Positions 28,944 through 38,256 of a stretch of DNA of 42,828 bases are shown piece by piece. Both the position numbers and the translations under genes were made by a program. Location of the stretch: positions 1-42,828 of the forward strand of contig DATAHB010000004.1 of the NCBI GenBank assembly GCA_036263375.1, written 5' to 3'. The stretch comes from Rhabdochlamydiaceae bacterium. GTDB taxonomy: Bacteria; Chlamydiota; Chlamydiia; Chlamydiales; Rhabdochlamydiaceae. How positions within the stretch are numbered: position 1 is the stretch's first letter; each line of letters opens with the position of its first letter. The notes under the pieces are model-generated. The model ran no database searches, was not told the DNA's origin, and was given only the letters and a program-made list of their open reading frames with translations.

Positions 28944-29005
28944 TTTCACCTAAACTTATCCTAATACGAGCTTCTGCAATGACTTGCGCCGTCATGATCT
29001 ACTAT
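28944..29005 (+). repeat. Diverged copy of the 3' region of the MFS gene
   Basis: 56/62 identical to 25971-26032; the first 23 nt match perfectly. Confidence 0.9.
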
Positions 29006-29115
29006 AGCATCAGCAGTGATTAATCCCTTCTATGAATGGCTTCTATGAACCACTGGTTTGACTAGAAACCTTCCTAAGGTTTAGCCTATAGGTTCAATGG
29101 AAATTGAGGTATAAA

Positions 29116-29964
29116 ATGGCTAATCAATTATCAATGACAATGCTTTATGGGTGCCAACATTATAAACCCGCGCAAATCTCAAGCAGCACTTGCAGTTGGA
29201 ATATGGCACAACTATCCCAAGCGTCCGGTGGGTATCAAAAAAATGCCTCCTCCAACAGCTCTTCAAGCGAAGTGAACGGAGTTACTATTAGCTTAGCAGA
29301 CTTAAGTGCAATTGAGGCACAGAATTTGCAGGATAGACACATTACCGAGTGTCATTTGTACCAATATAAGTGTAAGATCAACGAAAGCCCAGATGCTCCT
29401 CTTTTCATGCATGAAACAGGCAACACAGAGGTTGGCCCAAATGGACGAGAGGGAAAATGGCGTTTTCGCATTAGTATGTTTTTTACAGCCTTTAAATGTA
29501 AAACTCTTTTTGCAATATCTATTGTGCCTAAAAATCCGTCAGTAATGCAAACATGGTATCTTAAAAAGCCGTGCTTGCATGATCCTTTGTACGATATGTG
29601 TAAATCTGGTGTTTCTATAAAAAATGGAGAAGAAATTCATGATGGTACTACACAAAGAAATGCTCAAGCCAAAGATTTTAAAGGCGGATTCATTAAACCT
29701 TTTCAAGCCTACTATACGAACAATTATCGCCCTACGGTAGATTTGACAAATCTACCTCAGTTTGTTCAAGTTGAGCCAATATTTGATAATCAAGATTTAA
29801 CCAACATTGTAGCAACTTATCCCATACCCTCGCAAAATAGCATACATTCCATACTAAGTGATTTTATCCAAGACACTGAGGCGACTCATCTAGGCTTGCT
29901 TATGCTGAATCCGCAACAGCAACGAGCCGAGCAACGTGTTTTTACGAAACCGAATATTGACTAA
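29116..29964 (+). CDS. Hypothetical protein with Ser-rich N-terminus
   Basis: 282-codon ORF; GAGG RBS before ATG 29116; AT-rich. Confidence 0.7.
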   Translation: MANQLSMTMLYGCQHYKPAQISSSTCSWNMAQLSQASGGYQKNASSNSSSSEVNGVTISLADLSAIEAQNLQDRHITECHLYQYKCKINESPDAPLFMHETGNTEVGPNGREGKWRFRISMFFTAFKCKTLFAISIVPKNPSVMQTWYLKKPCLHDPLYDMCKSGVSIKNGEEIHDGTTQRNAQAKDFKGGFIKPFQAYYTNNYRPTVDLTNLPQFVQVEPIFDNQDLTNIVATYPIPSQNSIHSILSDFIQDTEATHLGLLMLNPQQQRAEQRVFTKPNID

Positions 29965-30191
29965 AGATTCACCAGGTTTACCTAGTATTGTGAATCAAAA
30001 AAACGGGTTACCGCTCTTAAATATAAAGGAAGAGTCGAGTCTTTGAGGCTGATGCGGCGGCTTAACGTGCTTTCAATTCCGTTTCGTGAGTCACCCCTGT
30101 TCTGGAATTTTTAAAACCTGTCAGGTGGTGAGACTCAGGACAAATTAATCAGCACTAAATCCTAATAAACTGTTAACAAATCCTTTATTCA

Positions 30192-30300
30192 TCAACAGTC
30201 TCCAAGCTCTTCTAAATATTTTTCCGCATCTTTGGAAGATATAAAGATGCGGAAATCGACACGTGGATGTTTTTGTCTGAACTCCTCAATACTATCTCTA
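30192..30300 (-). pseudogene. C-terminal remnant of a second FlaR-like gene
   Basis: IEEFRQKHPRVDFRIFISSKDAEKYLEEL versus IEELRKKYPHVDFRIFRSSKDAEKYLEEL. Confidence 0.85.
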
Positions 30301-30335
30301 TTGAAAAAATTCACTCTCTTCTCTAGATAGGGATT

Positions 30336-33300
30336 ATGACAGCCCCCCGAAAACCTGACCTCCAAGCCGCTATCGTCAGAGAGAGCAAGAAATTCGAGCA
30401 GAACTACATTTGGGTCGAATCCCATCTTCCCCCTAGCTTCTTTGAAGATGCCGATTCAGAAACGGTGATCATGGTCGCCCATAGTTTGATGGATTTTGAC
30501 GTCCAGGACTTTTTTTCTCATATCCATCTCAAAAATAAAGCGATTACTCTCTGCTTGGACAGCGCCGATGCCGATCTTCAAATCCTCAGGCACTATCGGA
30601 ATAAAGGGATCAAAAACTATCGGACATTTGTCTCGAATGTCCCGCCCCCGTTCATTGGCATTTCGGCAAATTTAAGAGTTGCTGTTATTTACTTCACTGA
30701 GGCGCAGGAAGAAAAGGAAGAAGCTCCGGATAAATACAAAGATGTCTACCCCGAGGTCAAAAAGCGCAATCCGAATGTTACGGAAGCAGAGTTTTCAAAA
30801 CTCTTAACAACAATGAACACCCGCTTCTTGCGGTCGCTCACCAAAGAAAGGCTTATTTTGGCGTTTGATGTGCTATTTCGAGCCAAGCTAAGAGATCCGT
30901 GCCAGATCGAAGTCGTGAGAAATCAAGACTGGAAAAAAGATGTCCCGTCTCTCCAGATCGTCCTGGCCTGGAGAAATGTCCCGAAGTTCGATTTCCTTTA
31001 TCGATTGACGAAAGTAATTTTAAGACATGGCCTCGCTCTCAAAAGAATGGCCGCCACCTATGTCGACCCGTATAGCAAAAATAATGTTTTAGTGATGTCA
31101 CTAGGCCTTCATGGAGCGCAGGGCAAAGCCGCCTGGGAAGAGGCCGATATCGCAGACTTTTTGCAAGAGCTCGTAACAGTCAAATATTTCCCCGTGCAAG
31201 AGATTATCGAAACCTCGTTTGTTGACAATAAGCTGGTGCGCGGCAATATCGGAAATCTCATTAAAACGATGGTCCATTTTATCCATCAGATGCTCGTCCA
31301 TGCCGACCCTAACCTCTATTCGTTTCAAAATATCGAAGAAGGAATGTGCCGCCACGTTGAACTCACCGTTAAACTGACAAAGGCGTTTGAAGCAAAATTC
31401 CATCCGGAAAAAAGTGATCTCAACATCTTTAACCAGATCAAAAATGAATACCTTTCACTAGTAGAAAAAATTGACACGGGGCAAGAAGCCAACGACAATC
31501 GCCGTAGAAATATTTTGAAACAAGGCATGAACTTTGTTGAGTACATGCTCAAGACGAACTTCTACCGTCCAAATAAGACGGCATTTTCCTTCCGGCTGGA
31601 TCCGCATTATCTCGATAACGTGCCGTACAACAGGGTAGAAAAATTTCCTGAACTCCCCTTTGCCGTCTTTTTCATGAAGGGAATGTATTTCATCGGGTTC
31701 CATATCCGGTTCCGCGATCTTGCCCGCGGAGGCCTCAGAACAGTTTGTCCCGAAAGAATTGAACAGCTCGTCGCTGAGAGAAATAACGTCTTTGCCGAAT
31801 GTTACAACCTTGCCTATACGCAGCAGAAAAAAAATAAAGATATCCCTGAAGGGGGAGCAAAAGGAGTGATTTTGCTCGAGCCGTATGAACGGATCCGAGT
31901 CGAAGAAGAGATTTATAAACATGAGCTCGAAATCGGTGGCGTTAAAGAGATCGAAGAAAAAATCAAAGCCTATCACCAAGAGCAAAAGCTCGAATATCTC
32001 TATCAAGCCCAACGATCATATGTCGAGAGCTTTGTGACAATTGTCAATTGTGAAGCTGATGGGAAACTCCGTGTCAAGTCAGTTATTGATTACTATAAAA
32101 AACCTGAATACATCTACCTGGGCCCTGACGAGAACATGCATAACGATATGATCGTCTGGATCTGCAACTATGCTAAAAAATATAACTACAAGCCCGGTCT
32201 GTCGTTCATGTCGAGCAAACCGGGCGCCGGAATCAATCATAAAGAATATGGTGTCACCTCTCGCGGCGTGAATATCTACATGGAAGAGACTTTGCAATTT
32301 CTTGGCATCGACCCGAAAAAAAATCCATTTACGATCAAAATGACAGGCGGCCCCGATGGCGACGTCGCCGGAAATGAGATGAATAACCTCTATGTTTTCT
32401 ATCCAAACACAGCCAAACTGCTGGCGACAATCGACGTTTCAGGAACGATCTTCGATCCGCAAGGTCTTGATTTAGCTATTATTGCCGAGCTTTTCAAAGA
32501 AGGAAAACCACTCCGTTTCTATCCGCCGGAAAAGCTGAGTGATGGAGGATTTATCCTCGATACGAAGACCCGGAGAGAACAAAGCGGCTATGTCCAACAG
32601 ACTTTATTGCAAAGAAAGCAAAATGGAAAAGTCATTCAAGAATGGATTTCTGGAAATGACATGAATCATCTTCTCCGGACCAATGTCCATCAAGTGAAGG
32701 CTGACGTATTTGTCCCCGGAGGTGGCAGGCCGCGCACTCTGAATGAAAACAACTATCGCGACTTTTTAGATGTCTCCGGGAAACCGACCTCAAAGGCCAT
32801 CATCGAAGGCGGCAATCTCTATTTATCTCCCGCAGCCCGCAGGGCATTAGAAAAACTCGGTGTGATTGTGATCAAAGACAGCTCCGCCAATAAAGGGGGC
32901 GTCATCTGTTCTTCGTTTGAAGTTCTCTCGGGCCTTGTGCTGTCAGAAGAAGAATTTATGAAGGAAAAACCGGCGCTAGTCAGCGATATCATTGCGATCA
33001 TTGAAAATCGCTCACGCGACGAAGCCCGCGCGCTTTTAGCCGCTCAAGGGCAAGCTTTTCTGACGGATGTTTCTGAATGGATCTCCGAAAGAATTAACGC
33101 CTATACCGATGAGCTCATGGCCTATCTTGCACCAAAAATTTTGTCAAATGATCCGAACGATCCCCTTACCCAATGCCTCCTAAATTACTGCCCCGCGACT
33201 CTGCGCAATAAATACCAGGAGCGAATCCTAAAAGAAGTCCCCGACATCCATAAGAAAGCCATCATTGCCTGCTTCTTAGCCCAGCGTCTGGTCTACCGAA

Positions 33301-33377
33301 AAGGGCTCTCTTGGTCCCCCTCCATCGTCGATGTTCTGCCCCTTATTATAAATGATCATTTTATTATAGGTCCCTGA
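30336..33377 (+). CDS. gdhB: Large NAD-specific glutamate dehydrogenase
   Basis: FHIRFRDLARGGLR, KNKDIPEGGAKG, LGPDE, YGVTSRGV, GGPDGDVAGN and SANKGGVICSS. Confidence 0.9.
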   Translation: MTAPRKPDLQAAIVRESKKFEQNYIWVESHLPPSFFEDADSETVIMVAHSLMDFDVQDFFSHIHLKNKAITLCLDSADADLQILRHYRNKGIKNYRTFVSNVPPPFIGISANLRVAVIYFTEAQEEKEEAPDKYKDVYPEVKKRNPNVTEAEFSKLLTTMNTRFLRSLTKERLILAFDVLFRAKLRDPCQIEVVRNQDWKKDVPSLQIVLAWRNVPKFDFLYRLTKVILRHGLALKRMAATYVDPYSKNNVLVMSLGLHGAQGKAAWEEADIADFLQELVTVKYFPVQEIIETSFVDNKLVRGNIGNLIKTMVHFIHQMLVHADPNLYSFQNIEEGMCRHVELTVKLTKAFEAKFHPEKSDLNIFNQIKNEYLSLVEKIDTGQEANDNRRRNILKQGMNFVEYMLKTNFYRPNKTAFSFRLDPHYLDNVPYNRVEKFPELPFAVFFMKGMYFIGFHIRFRDLARGGLRTVCPERIEQLVAERNNVFAECYNLAYTQQKKNKDIPEGGAKGVILLEPYERIRVEEEIYKHELEIGGVKEIEEKIKAYHQEQKLEYLYQAQRSYVESFVTIVNCEADGKLRVKSVIDYYKKPEYIYLGPDENMHNDMIVWICNYAKKYNYKPGLSFMSSKPGAGINHKEYGVTSRGVNIYMEETLQFLGIDPKKNPFTIKMTGGPDGDVAGNEMNNLYVFYPNTAKLLATIDVSGTIFDPQGLDLAIIAELFKEGKPLRFYPPEKLSDGGFILDTKTRREQSGYVQQTLLQRKQNGKVIQEWISGNDMNHLLRTNVHQVKADVFVPGGGRPRTLNENNYRDFLDVSGKPTSKAIIEGGNLYLSPAARRALEKLGVIVIKDSSANKGGVICSSFEVLSGLVLSEEEFMKEKPALVSDIIAIIENRSRDEARALLAAQGQAFLTDVSEWISERINAYTDELMAYLAPKILSNDPNDPLTQCLLNYCPATLRNKYQERILKEVPDIHKKAIIACFLAQRLVYRKGLSWSPSIVDVLPLIINDHFIIGP

Positions 33378-33400
33378 TTTATAATATATTACAACATAAA

Positions 33401-33427
33401 TTAGCACTCATCTCATTTAATCGCTAA
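33401..33427 (+). promoter_or_regulatory. CIRCE operator (HrcA binding site)
   Basis: TTAGCACTC-N9-AATCGCTAA versus consensus TTAGCACTC-N9-GAGTGCTAA, directly upstream of hrcA. Confidence 0.9.
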
Positions 33428-33433
33428 AAAATG

Positions 33434-33462
33434 TTGCCTTTTCGACCCCCCCTATATATAAT
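33434..33462 (+). promoter_or_regulatory. hrcA-grpE-dnaK promoter
   Basis: TTGCCT-17nt-TATAAT. Confidence 0.8.
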
Positions 33463-33469
33463 GAGGGTC

Positions 33470-34555
33470 ATGAAAAGTCTCATCTCTAGAAAACCTCCTA
33501 AAGACAGGCGTGAGAAATGGGTTCTCCTTGGACTCGTCGAGCTCTACCTGGAGACCGGCAAGCCTGTCGGATCTAACACCTTAAGAGAGAATGGGTTCGA
33601 CTCGCTCAGTTCAGCGACAATCCGTAATTACTTCTCCAAACTCGAAGAAGACGGCTTCCTCAAACAACAACACTCTTCCGGCGGCAGGATCCCCACCTCT
33701 TTGGCCTATCGACTCTACGCCGAGACCCATTTGAAGGCACCTTTAATCGATGAGAAGGAGCACAAAATCCTCCGTCAGAATATTCAAAAAGAAACCCGCG
33801 AGCTGGCCGCTTATCTTCAATCGGTCGCTGAAACCATCAGCGAAGCGACCCATTGCGCCGTTTTTCTTTCCGCTCCTCGCTTTGATCAAGACTTTGTCCT
33901 GGATATTAAACTTGTCGGCGTCGATGCGAGCCGCTGTTTGTGTATCATCATCACCGACTTTGGCCAGGTCATGACTGAGCTTCTCTATTCTGATAAAAAA
34001 ATGAGCAGCTTCACTCTGAAACGATTGGAAAATTTTTTCCGCTGGAGATTGACCGGTTTAGACAAACCGACGCTTTCTATCGAAGAAGAAAATTTAGCGA
34101 CTCGATTTTATAACGAAGTCATGATGCGCCATTTAGTCGGAAGCACCCATTTTACAACAGAAGATGTCTATAAAACAGGGTTTTCCAAATTACTCGCTTA
34201 TCCTGATTTTAACGATGCCACAGCACTGGCCGATGGACTCGGGCTTTTTGAAAATGAAGAGGCGCTCCGCACGTTGCTAAGAGAATGTGCCAAAGCTGAA
34301 GATTTGAGCTGCTGGATCGGCGGAAATTTACACGCCTGCTCAGCGCTAGCCATCCCTTACAAAATCAACCACAGCACCGCAGGATCGATTGCCCTCTTGG
34401 GCCCCAACCGGATCCCCTATCGTAAACTCTTTGGAATTTTAGAAACCGCCTCGGAAGCGATCAGTGAGTCGCTAACCCGCAGCTTATATAAATTTAAAAT
34501 CACCTTCAGACACCCTGAAGCAACTGAATACCTTTTATTGGAGAACAAGAAATGA
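33470..34555 (+). CDS. hrcA: Heat-inducible transcription repressor HrcA
   Basis: PVGS...LSSATIRNY...LEEDG...HSSGGRIPT; CIRCE upstream; start re-placed downstream of the -10 box. Confidence 0.95.
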   Translation: MKSLISRKPPKDRREKWVLLGLVELYLETGKPVGSNTLRENGFDSLSSATIRNYFSKLEEDGFLKQQHSSGGRIPTSLAYRLYAETHLKAPLIDEKEHKILRQNIQKETRELAAYLQSVAETISEATHCAVFLSAPRFDQDFVLDIKLVGVDASRCLCIIITDFGQVMTELLYSDKKMSSFTLKRLENFFRWRLTGLDKPTLSIEEENLATRFYNEVMMRHLVGSTHFTTEDVYKTGFSKLLAYPDFNDATALADGLGLFENEEALRTLLRECAKAEDLSCWIGGNLHACSALAIPYKINHSTAGSIALLGPNRIPYRKLFGILETASEAISESLTRSLYKFKITFRHPEATEYLLLENKK

Positions 34556-35064
34556 CTGAAGAAACAAATATTGAGCCGCTCGCAGCCGAGGAGGCCGTCA
34601 ACTACAAAGACAAATATTTAAGATTGCTCGCCGATGTTGAAAATACACGCAAGCGAATGGTTAAAGAAAAACAAGACATGGTTCGGTTTGGGATTGAAAA
34701 TATCTTAGGAGAGATTCTCGGGCCGATGGACAATCTAGAAAATGCTTTAAAGCATGCCGAAAATCTCTCAGGAGAGCTGAAGAATTGGGCGCTAGGGTTC
34801 CAGATGATCCTTGCGCAATTTAAAGAGGTCTTGACCCAAAACGGCGTTGCCCCTTTCATTTCTGAGGGCCAGAAGTTCGACACAACGCGGCATGAAGCCG
34901 TCGAAATGGAAGAGACCGATCAAGCTCCGGAAGGACTGATTTTGAAGGAATTTGTCAAAGGCTACTCGCGCGGCGATCACATCATCCGTCCTGCTCGCGT
35001 CAGAGTCGCAAAAAAACTAACAATTAAAGAAGGAGAGCAAAATGACACAGAAGAAGAAAAGTAA
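34552..35064 (+). CDS. grpE: Nucleotide exchange factor GrpE
   Basis: [18 protein letters not shown] and KGY...RPARVRV. Confidence 0.96.
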   Translation: MTEETNIEPLAAEEAVNYKDKYLRLLADVENTRKRMVKEKQDMVRFGIENILGEILGPMDNLENALKHAENLSGELKNWALGFQMILAQFKEVLTQNGVAPFISEGQKFDTTRHEAVEMEETDQAPEGLILKEFVKGYSRGDHIIRPARVRVAKKLTIKEGEQNDTEEEK

Positions 35065-36949
35065 AATCATCGGAATTGACTTAGGGACGACAAATTCTTG
35101 CGTCTCCATCATGGAAGGCGGTACGCCTGTCGTCATCGCCAATGCAGAAGGAGGGCGCACAACTCCCTCTGTCGTTGGATATAAGAACGATGAACGCGTT
35201 GTCGGAGTTCCTGCAAAACGGCAAGCCGTCATGAATCCGGAACGTACGATTTCCTCTGCAAAACGTTTCATCGGCCGCAAATTCACTGAAGTACAAGACG
35301 AAATCAAGTCAGTTCCTTATAAAGTCACCAAAAATGCCAACGGTGATGTCGTTTTCGATATCGACGGCAAGCTCGTGACTCCGGAAGAAGTCGGAGCGCA
35401 AGTCCTCATTAAGATGAAAGAGACCGCCGAAGCCTATCTTGGAGAAAAAGTTACAGAAGCTGTCATCACCGTTCCTGCCTATTTCAACGACTCGCAACGT
35501 CAATCGACAAAAGATGCCGGGAGAATTGCCGGCCTTGACGTGAAACGGATCATCCCTGAGCCAACAGCGGCTGCGCTTGCCTACGGTTTTGATAAAGGGC
35601 ATGACAAGAAAATTGCCGTCTTCGACCTGGGTGGTGGAACCTTCGACGTCTCTATCCTGGAGATCGGCGACGGCGTCTTTGAAGTGCTCGCTACGAATGG
35701 AGATACGCACCTGGGCGGCGACGACTTTGATATCGTCATCCTCAACTGGATGCTGGAAGAATTTAAAAAAGACAACGGCATTGACTTGAGCAAAGACAAG
35801 ATGGCCCTCCAGCGCCTGCGCGATGCAGCTGAAAAAGCCAAAATTGAACTTTCAGGCACGCAATCGACCGACATCAACCAGCCGTTCATCACCGTTGATG
35901 CTTCAGGCCCCAAACATCTGGCCTTGTCACTCTCACGCGCAAAACTCGAATCTCTCGTCCATCAACTGATCGAGAGAACCGTTGAGCCTTGCCAAAAAGC
36001 CTTAAAAGATGCCGGCCTAACAAAAGATCAAATCAGCGAAGTGATCTTAGTCGGCGGGATGACACGGATGCCTGCTGTCGAAAGAAAGGTCAAAGAGATC
36101 TTCGGAAGAGAGCCGCATAAAGGCGTTAACCCCGATGAAGTCGTGGCGATCGGCGCTGCGATCCAAGGTGCGGTGCTCGCGGGTGAAGTCAAAGACATTC
36201 TTCTGCTCGACGTCATTCCGCTCACGTTAGGCATTGAGACCTTCGGTGGGGTTTTGACTCCGATCGTCGAAAGAAACACGACGATCCCGACGCAGAAGAA
36301 ACAAGTCTTCTCAACAGCAGCCGACAATCAACCCGCAGTGACAATTGTCGTCCTGCAAGGTGAACGAAAGATGGCCAAAGACAATAAAGAGATCGGCCGT
36401 TTTGACCTTTCCGACATCCCTCCAGCGCCTCGCGGCATGCCGCAGATCGAAGTCGCATTTGACATCGATGCTGACGGGATCCTGCACGTCTCTGCCAAAG
36501 ACCTGAAAACGGGCAAAGAGCAGAAGATCCGGATCGAAGCAAAATCGGGTCTGACAGAAGCCGAAATCAAGCGGATGCTCAAAGACGCCGAAGAGCATGC
36601 CGAAGAAGATCAGAAGAAGAAAGCCGAAGTCGAAACACGCAACGAAGCCGATGCCTTAGCCTTCCGTGCTCAGAAAGCGCTCACGGACTATAAGGAAAAA
36701 ATCCCGGCCGACTTAGCAAGCGACATTCAAACCCGCATTGATACCGTCAAAAAAGCCCTGGAAGGGACCGATATCGATCGCATCAAGCAAGCGTCTGATG
36801 AACTCAACACCTTCATGCAGAAGATCGGCGAAGCGATGCAAGGCGCTCCGCAGCAGCAAGGCCCTGCTGCAGGCCCTTCCGCTTCTCAGGCAAAGCCTGA
36901 TATCGAAGAAGCCGAAGTTGAAATCGTTGACGACGATAAGAAGAAGTAG
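35042..36949 (+). CDS. dnaK: Chaperone DnaK
   Basis: [21 protein letters not shown] and [11 protein letters not shown]. Confidence 0.99.
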   Translation: MTQKKKSKIIGIDLGTTNSCVSIMEGGTPVVIANAEGGRTTPSVVGYKNDERVVGVPAKRQAVMNPERTISSAKRFIGRKFTEVQDEIKSVPYKVTKNANGDVVFDIDGKLVTPEEVGAQVLIKMKETAEAYLGEKVTEAVITVPAYFNDSQRQSTKDAGRIAGLDVKRIIPEPTAAALAYGFDKGHDKKIAVFDLGGGTFDVSILEIGDGVFEVLATNGDTHLGGDDFDIVILNWMLEEFKKDNGIDLSKDKMALQRLRDAAEKAKIELSGTQSTDINQPFITVDASGPKHLALSLSRAKLESLVHQLIERTVEPCQKALKDAGLTKDQISEVILVGGMTRMPAVERKVKEIFGREPHKGVNPDEVVAIGAAIQGAVLAGEVKDILLLDVIPLTLGIETFGGVLTPIVERNTTIPTQKKQVFSTAADNQPAVTIVVLQGERKMAKDNKEIGRFDLSDIPPAPRGMPQIEVAFDIDADGILHVSAKDLKTGKEQKIRIEAKSGLTEAEIKRMLKDAEEHAEEDQKKKAEVETRNEADALAFRAQKALTDYKEKIPADLASDIQTRIDTVKKALEGTDIDRIKQASDELNTFMQKIGEAMQGAPQQQGPAAGPSASQAKPDIEEAEVEIVDDDKKK

Positions 36950-36962
36950 TCTTTTCTTTTCC

Positions 36963-36994
36963 AACCTCCTTTCTTCACTGAAAGGAGGTTTTTA
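36963..36994 (+). terminator. Rho-independent terminator of the dnaK operon
   Basis: AACCTCCTTTC-loop-GAAAGGAGGTT followed by a T run. Confidence 0.88.
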
Positions 36995-37050
36995 TTACGA
37001 TTTGACAAATATCTCTTTTTCCAATAATTAACTAATTAATGGAGAATAGT

Positions 37051-38151
37051 ATGTCAAAAATTCTTGGAACTATAGGGCTTTTCAGCTTATTTGCAGTCCA
37101 GGCTCATGCTGCTTGGAGCTTTAACATTAGCAGGACTCCTAATGAATCTAAAGAACCCAAAACCACCCCAGGTTTTAATAACATCGATGACCGAGGTGGT
37201 TTTATCTCCGGCGACTATCTCTGTTGGGTTCCTCATCAAGATGATCTATTTTATGCAGTGAGCCAGGTCACGGATACAAATTCTTCTGTTGCAAAAACAT
37301 GGAATAAATACAAACAACCCCATTTTGGATGGAGTTCAGGAGGCCGTCTTTCGATCGGAGGTTATACCAGCGACAGTTGGGATGTCGGATTGACCGGCAT
37401 GTACATTTTTGCAAATGCAAAAAGCGGCAGCCATGTTCCAACTGGTACTACAGGCAAGATCATCCCAGATTTTAACACCAATTTGCTCAGCAACACCGCT
37501 GCCAAGTCCAACGCTAACAATAAATTGAACTTCGCAACCGTTGATTTGAGTTTTGGAAGAGAATTCTTTTTGACGAAGAAATTTGCGATCCATCCTTTGA
37601 TCGGCCTTCGCAGCTTTGGCATGCGCCAGCAATATCATGTTCGATATTTGAGCACCTTCACAGGCACCCCTCCTGCCGTTACTGCCAACACGTATTTCAA
37701 AGCTAAAAATACGACCTACGGAATCGGCCCAAGAGCAGGAATCGATTTGAAATTTTACATGAGCAAGGGTTGGGCTTTCTTAGGCGGAGTTTCAGGTGCT
37801 TTGTTTTGGGGACACTACCGCGTCAATCAAAAATTCAATGGCTACGAATCGAATGGAACAGCATTTGTTCCTTCGATCATTAAAACAAAGGAAAAAAACA
37901 CCTCTCTCCGCACTAATCTCGATGCCTACTTTGGGCTGGGATACGATGTCTGGTTCAATTGCGATAGGAACCGGTTTTATATCGCCTTCTTATTTGAAGC
38001 TTCAGAGTGGTTTGCAATGAACCAGTTCAATGACAATTTCTCCACAACCCCAACCTCCGGGAGCAAGGCCAATATCACGATTGCGGGCCTCCGCAGGCAC
38101 GGAGATCTCGGATTTATCGGCGGAACGCTTCATCTACAAATAGATTTCTAA
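37051..38151 (+). CDS. Outer-membrane beta-barrel porin (Lpg1974/Legionella MOMP-like family)
   Basis: Signal peptide ending AHA, GDYLCW, GIGPRAG, alternating beta-strand pattern and terminal F; GGAG RBS. Confidence 0.75.
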   Translation: MSKILGTIGLFSLFAVQAHAAWSFNISRTPNESKEPKTTPGFNNIDDRGGFISGDYLCWVPHQDDLFYAVSQVTDTNSSVAKTWNKYKQPHFGWSSGGRLSIGGYTSDSWDVGLTGMYIFANAKSGSHVPTGTTGKIIPDFNTNLLSNTAAKSNANNKLNFATVDLSFGREFFLTKKFAIHPLIGLRSFGMRQQYHVRYLSTFTGTPPAVTANTYFKAKNTTYGIGPRAGIDLKFYMSKGWAFLGGVSGALFWGHYRVNQKFNGYESNGTAFVPSIIKTKEKNTSLRTNLDAYFGLGYDVWFNCDRNRFYIAFLFEASEWFAMNQFNDNFSTTPTSGSKANITIAGLRRHGDLGFIGGTLHLQIDF

Positions 38152-38157
38152 TTGAGA

Positions 38158-38256
38158 TATACTACGGTCGACTAGAAAATGTGCGTTTGGGCTACGTCAA
38201 AGCCTTGGGGCTTTCACGCTAGCCGAAATGCACGTTTTCTAGCCGACCGTAGTATA
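38158..38256. mobile_element. 99-bp TATAC...GTATA miniature element overlapping a gene end
   Basis: 37-bp arms with 4 mismatches, TA on both ends; supplies the stop codon of ORF 38239-39579. Confidence 0.85.

Noticed and set aside
30085-30140. Imperfect hairpin TGAGTCACC...GGTGAGACTCA as ncRNA or tRNA remnant
   Set aside because: Weak pairing, no tRNA T-loop or CCA signature, and no second copy in the window.
26100-30335. Integron cassette array or CRISPR array
   Set aside because: No intI or cas genes. Repeats are irregularly spaced gene-tail copies, lack GTTRRRY attC boxes, and genes lie on both strands.
30192-30425. 77-aa ORF as a real gene
   Set aside because: Chimera of gdh antisense sequence and the FlaR tail remnant.
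35017-36964. Multiple antisense ORFs over dnaK
   Set aside because: Known artefact of dnaK codon bias.
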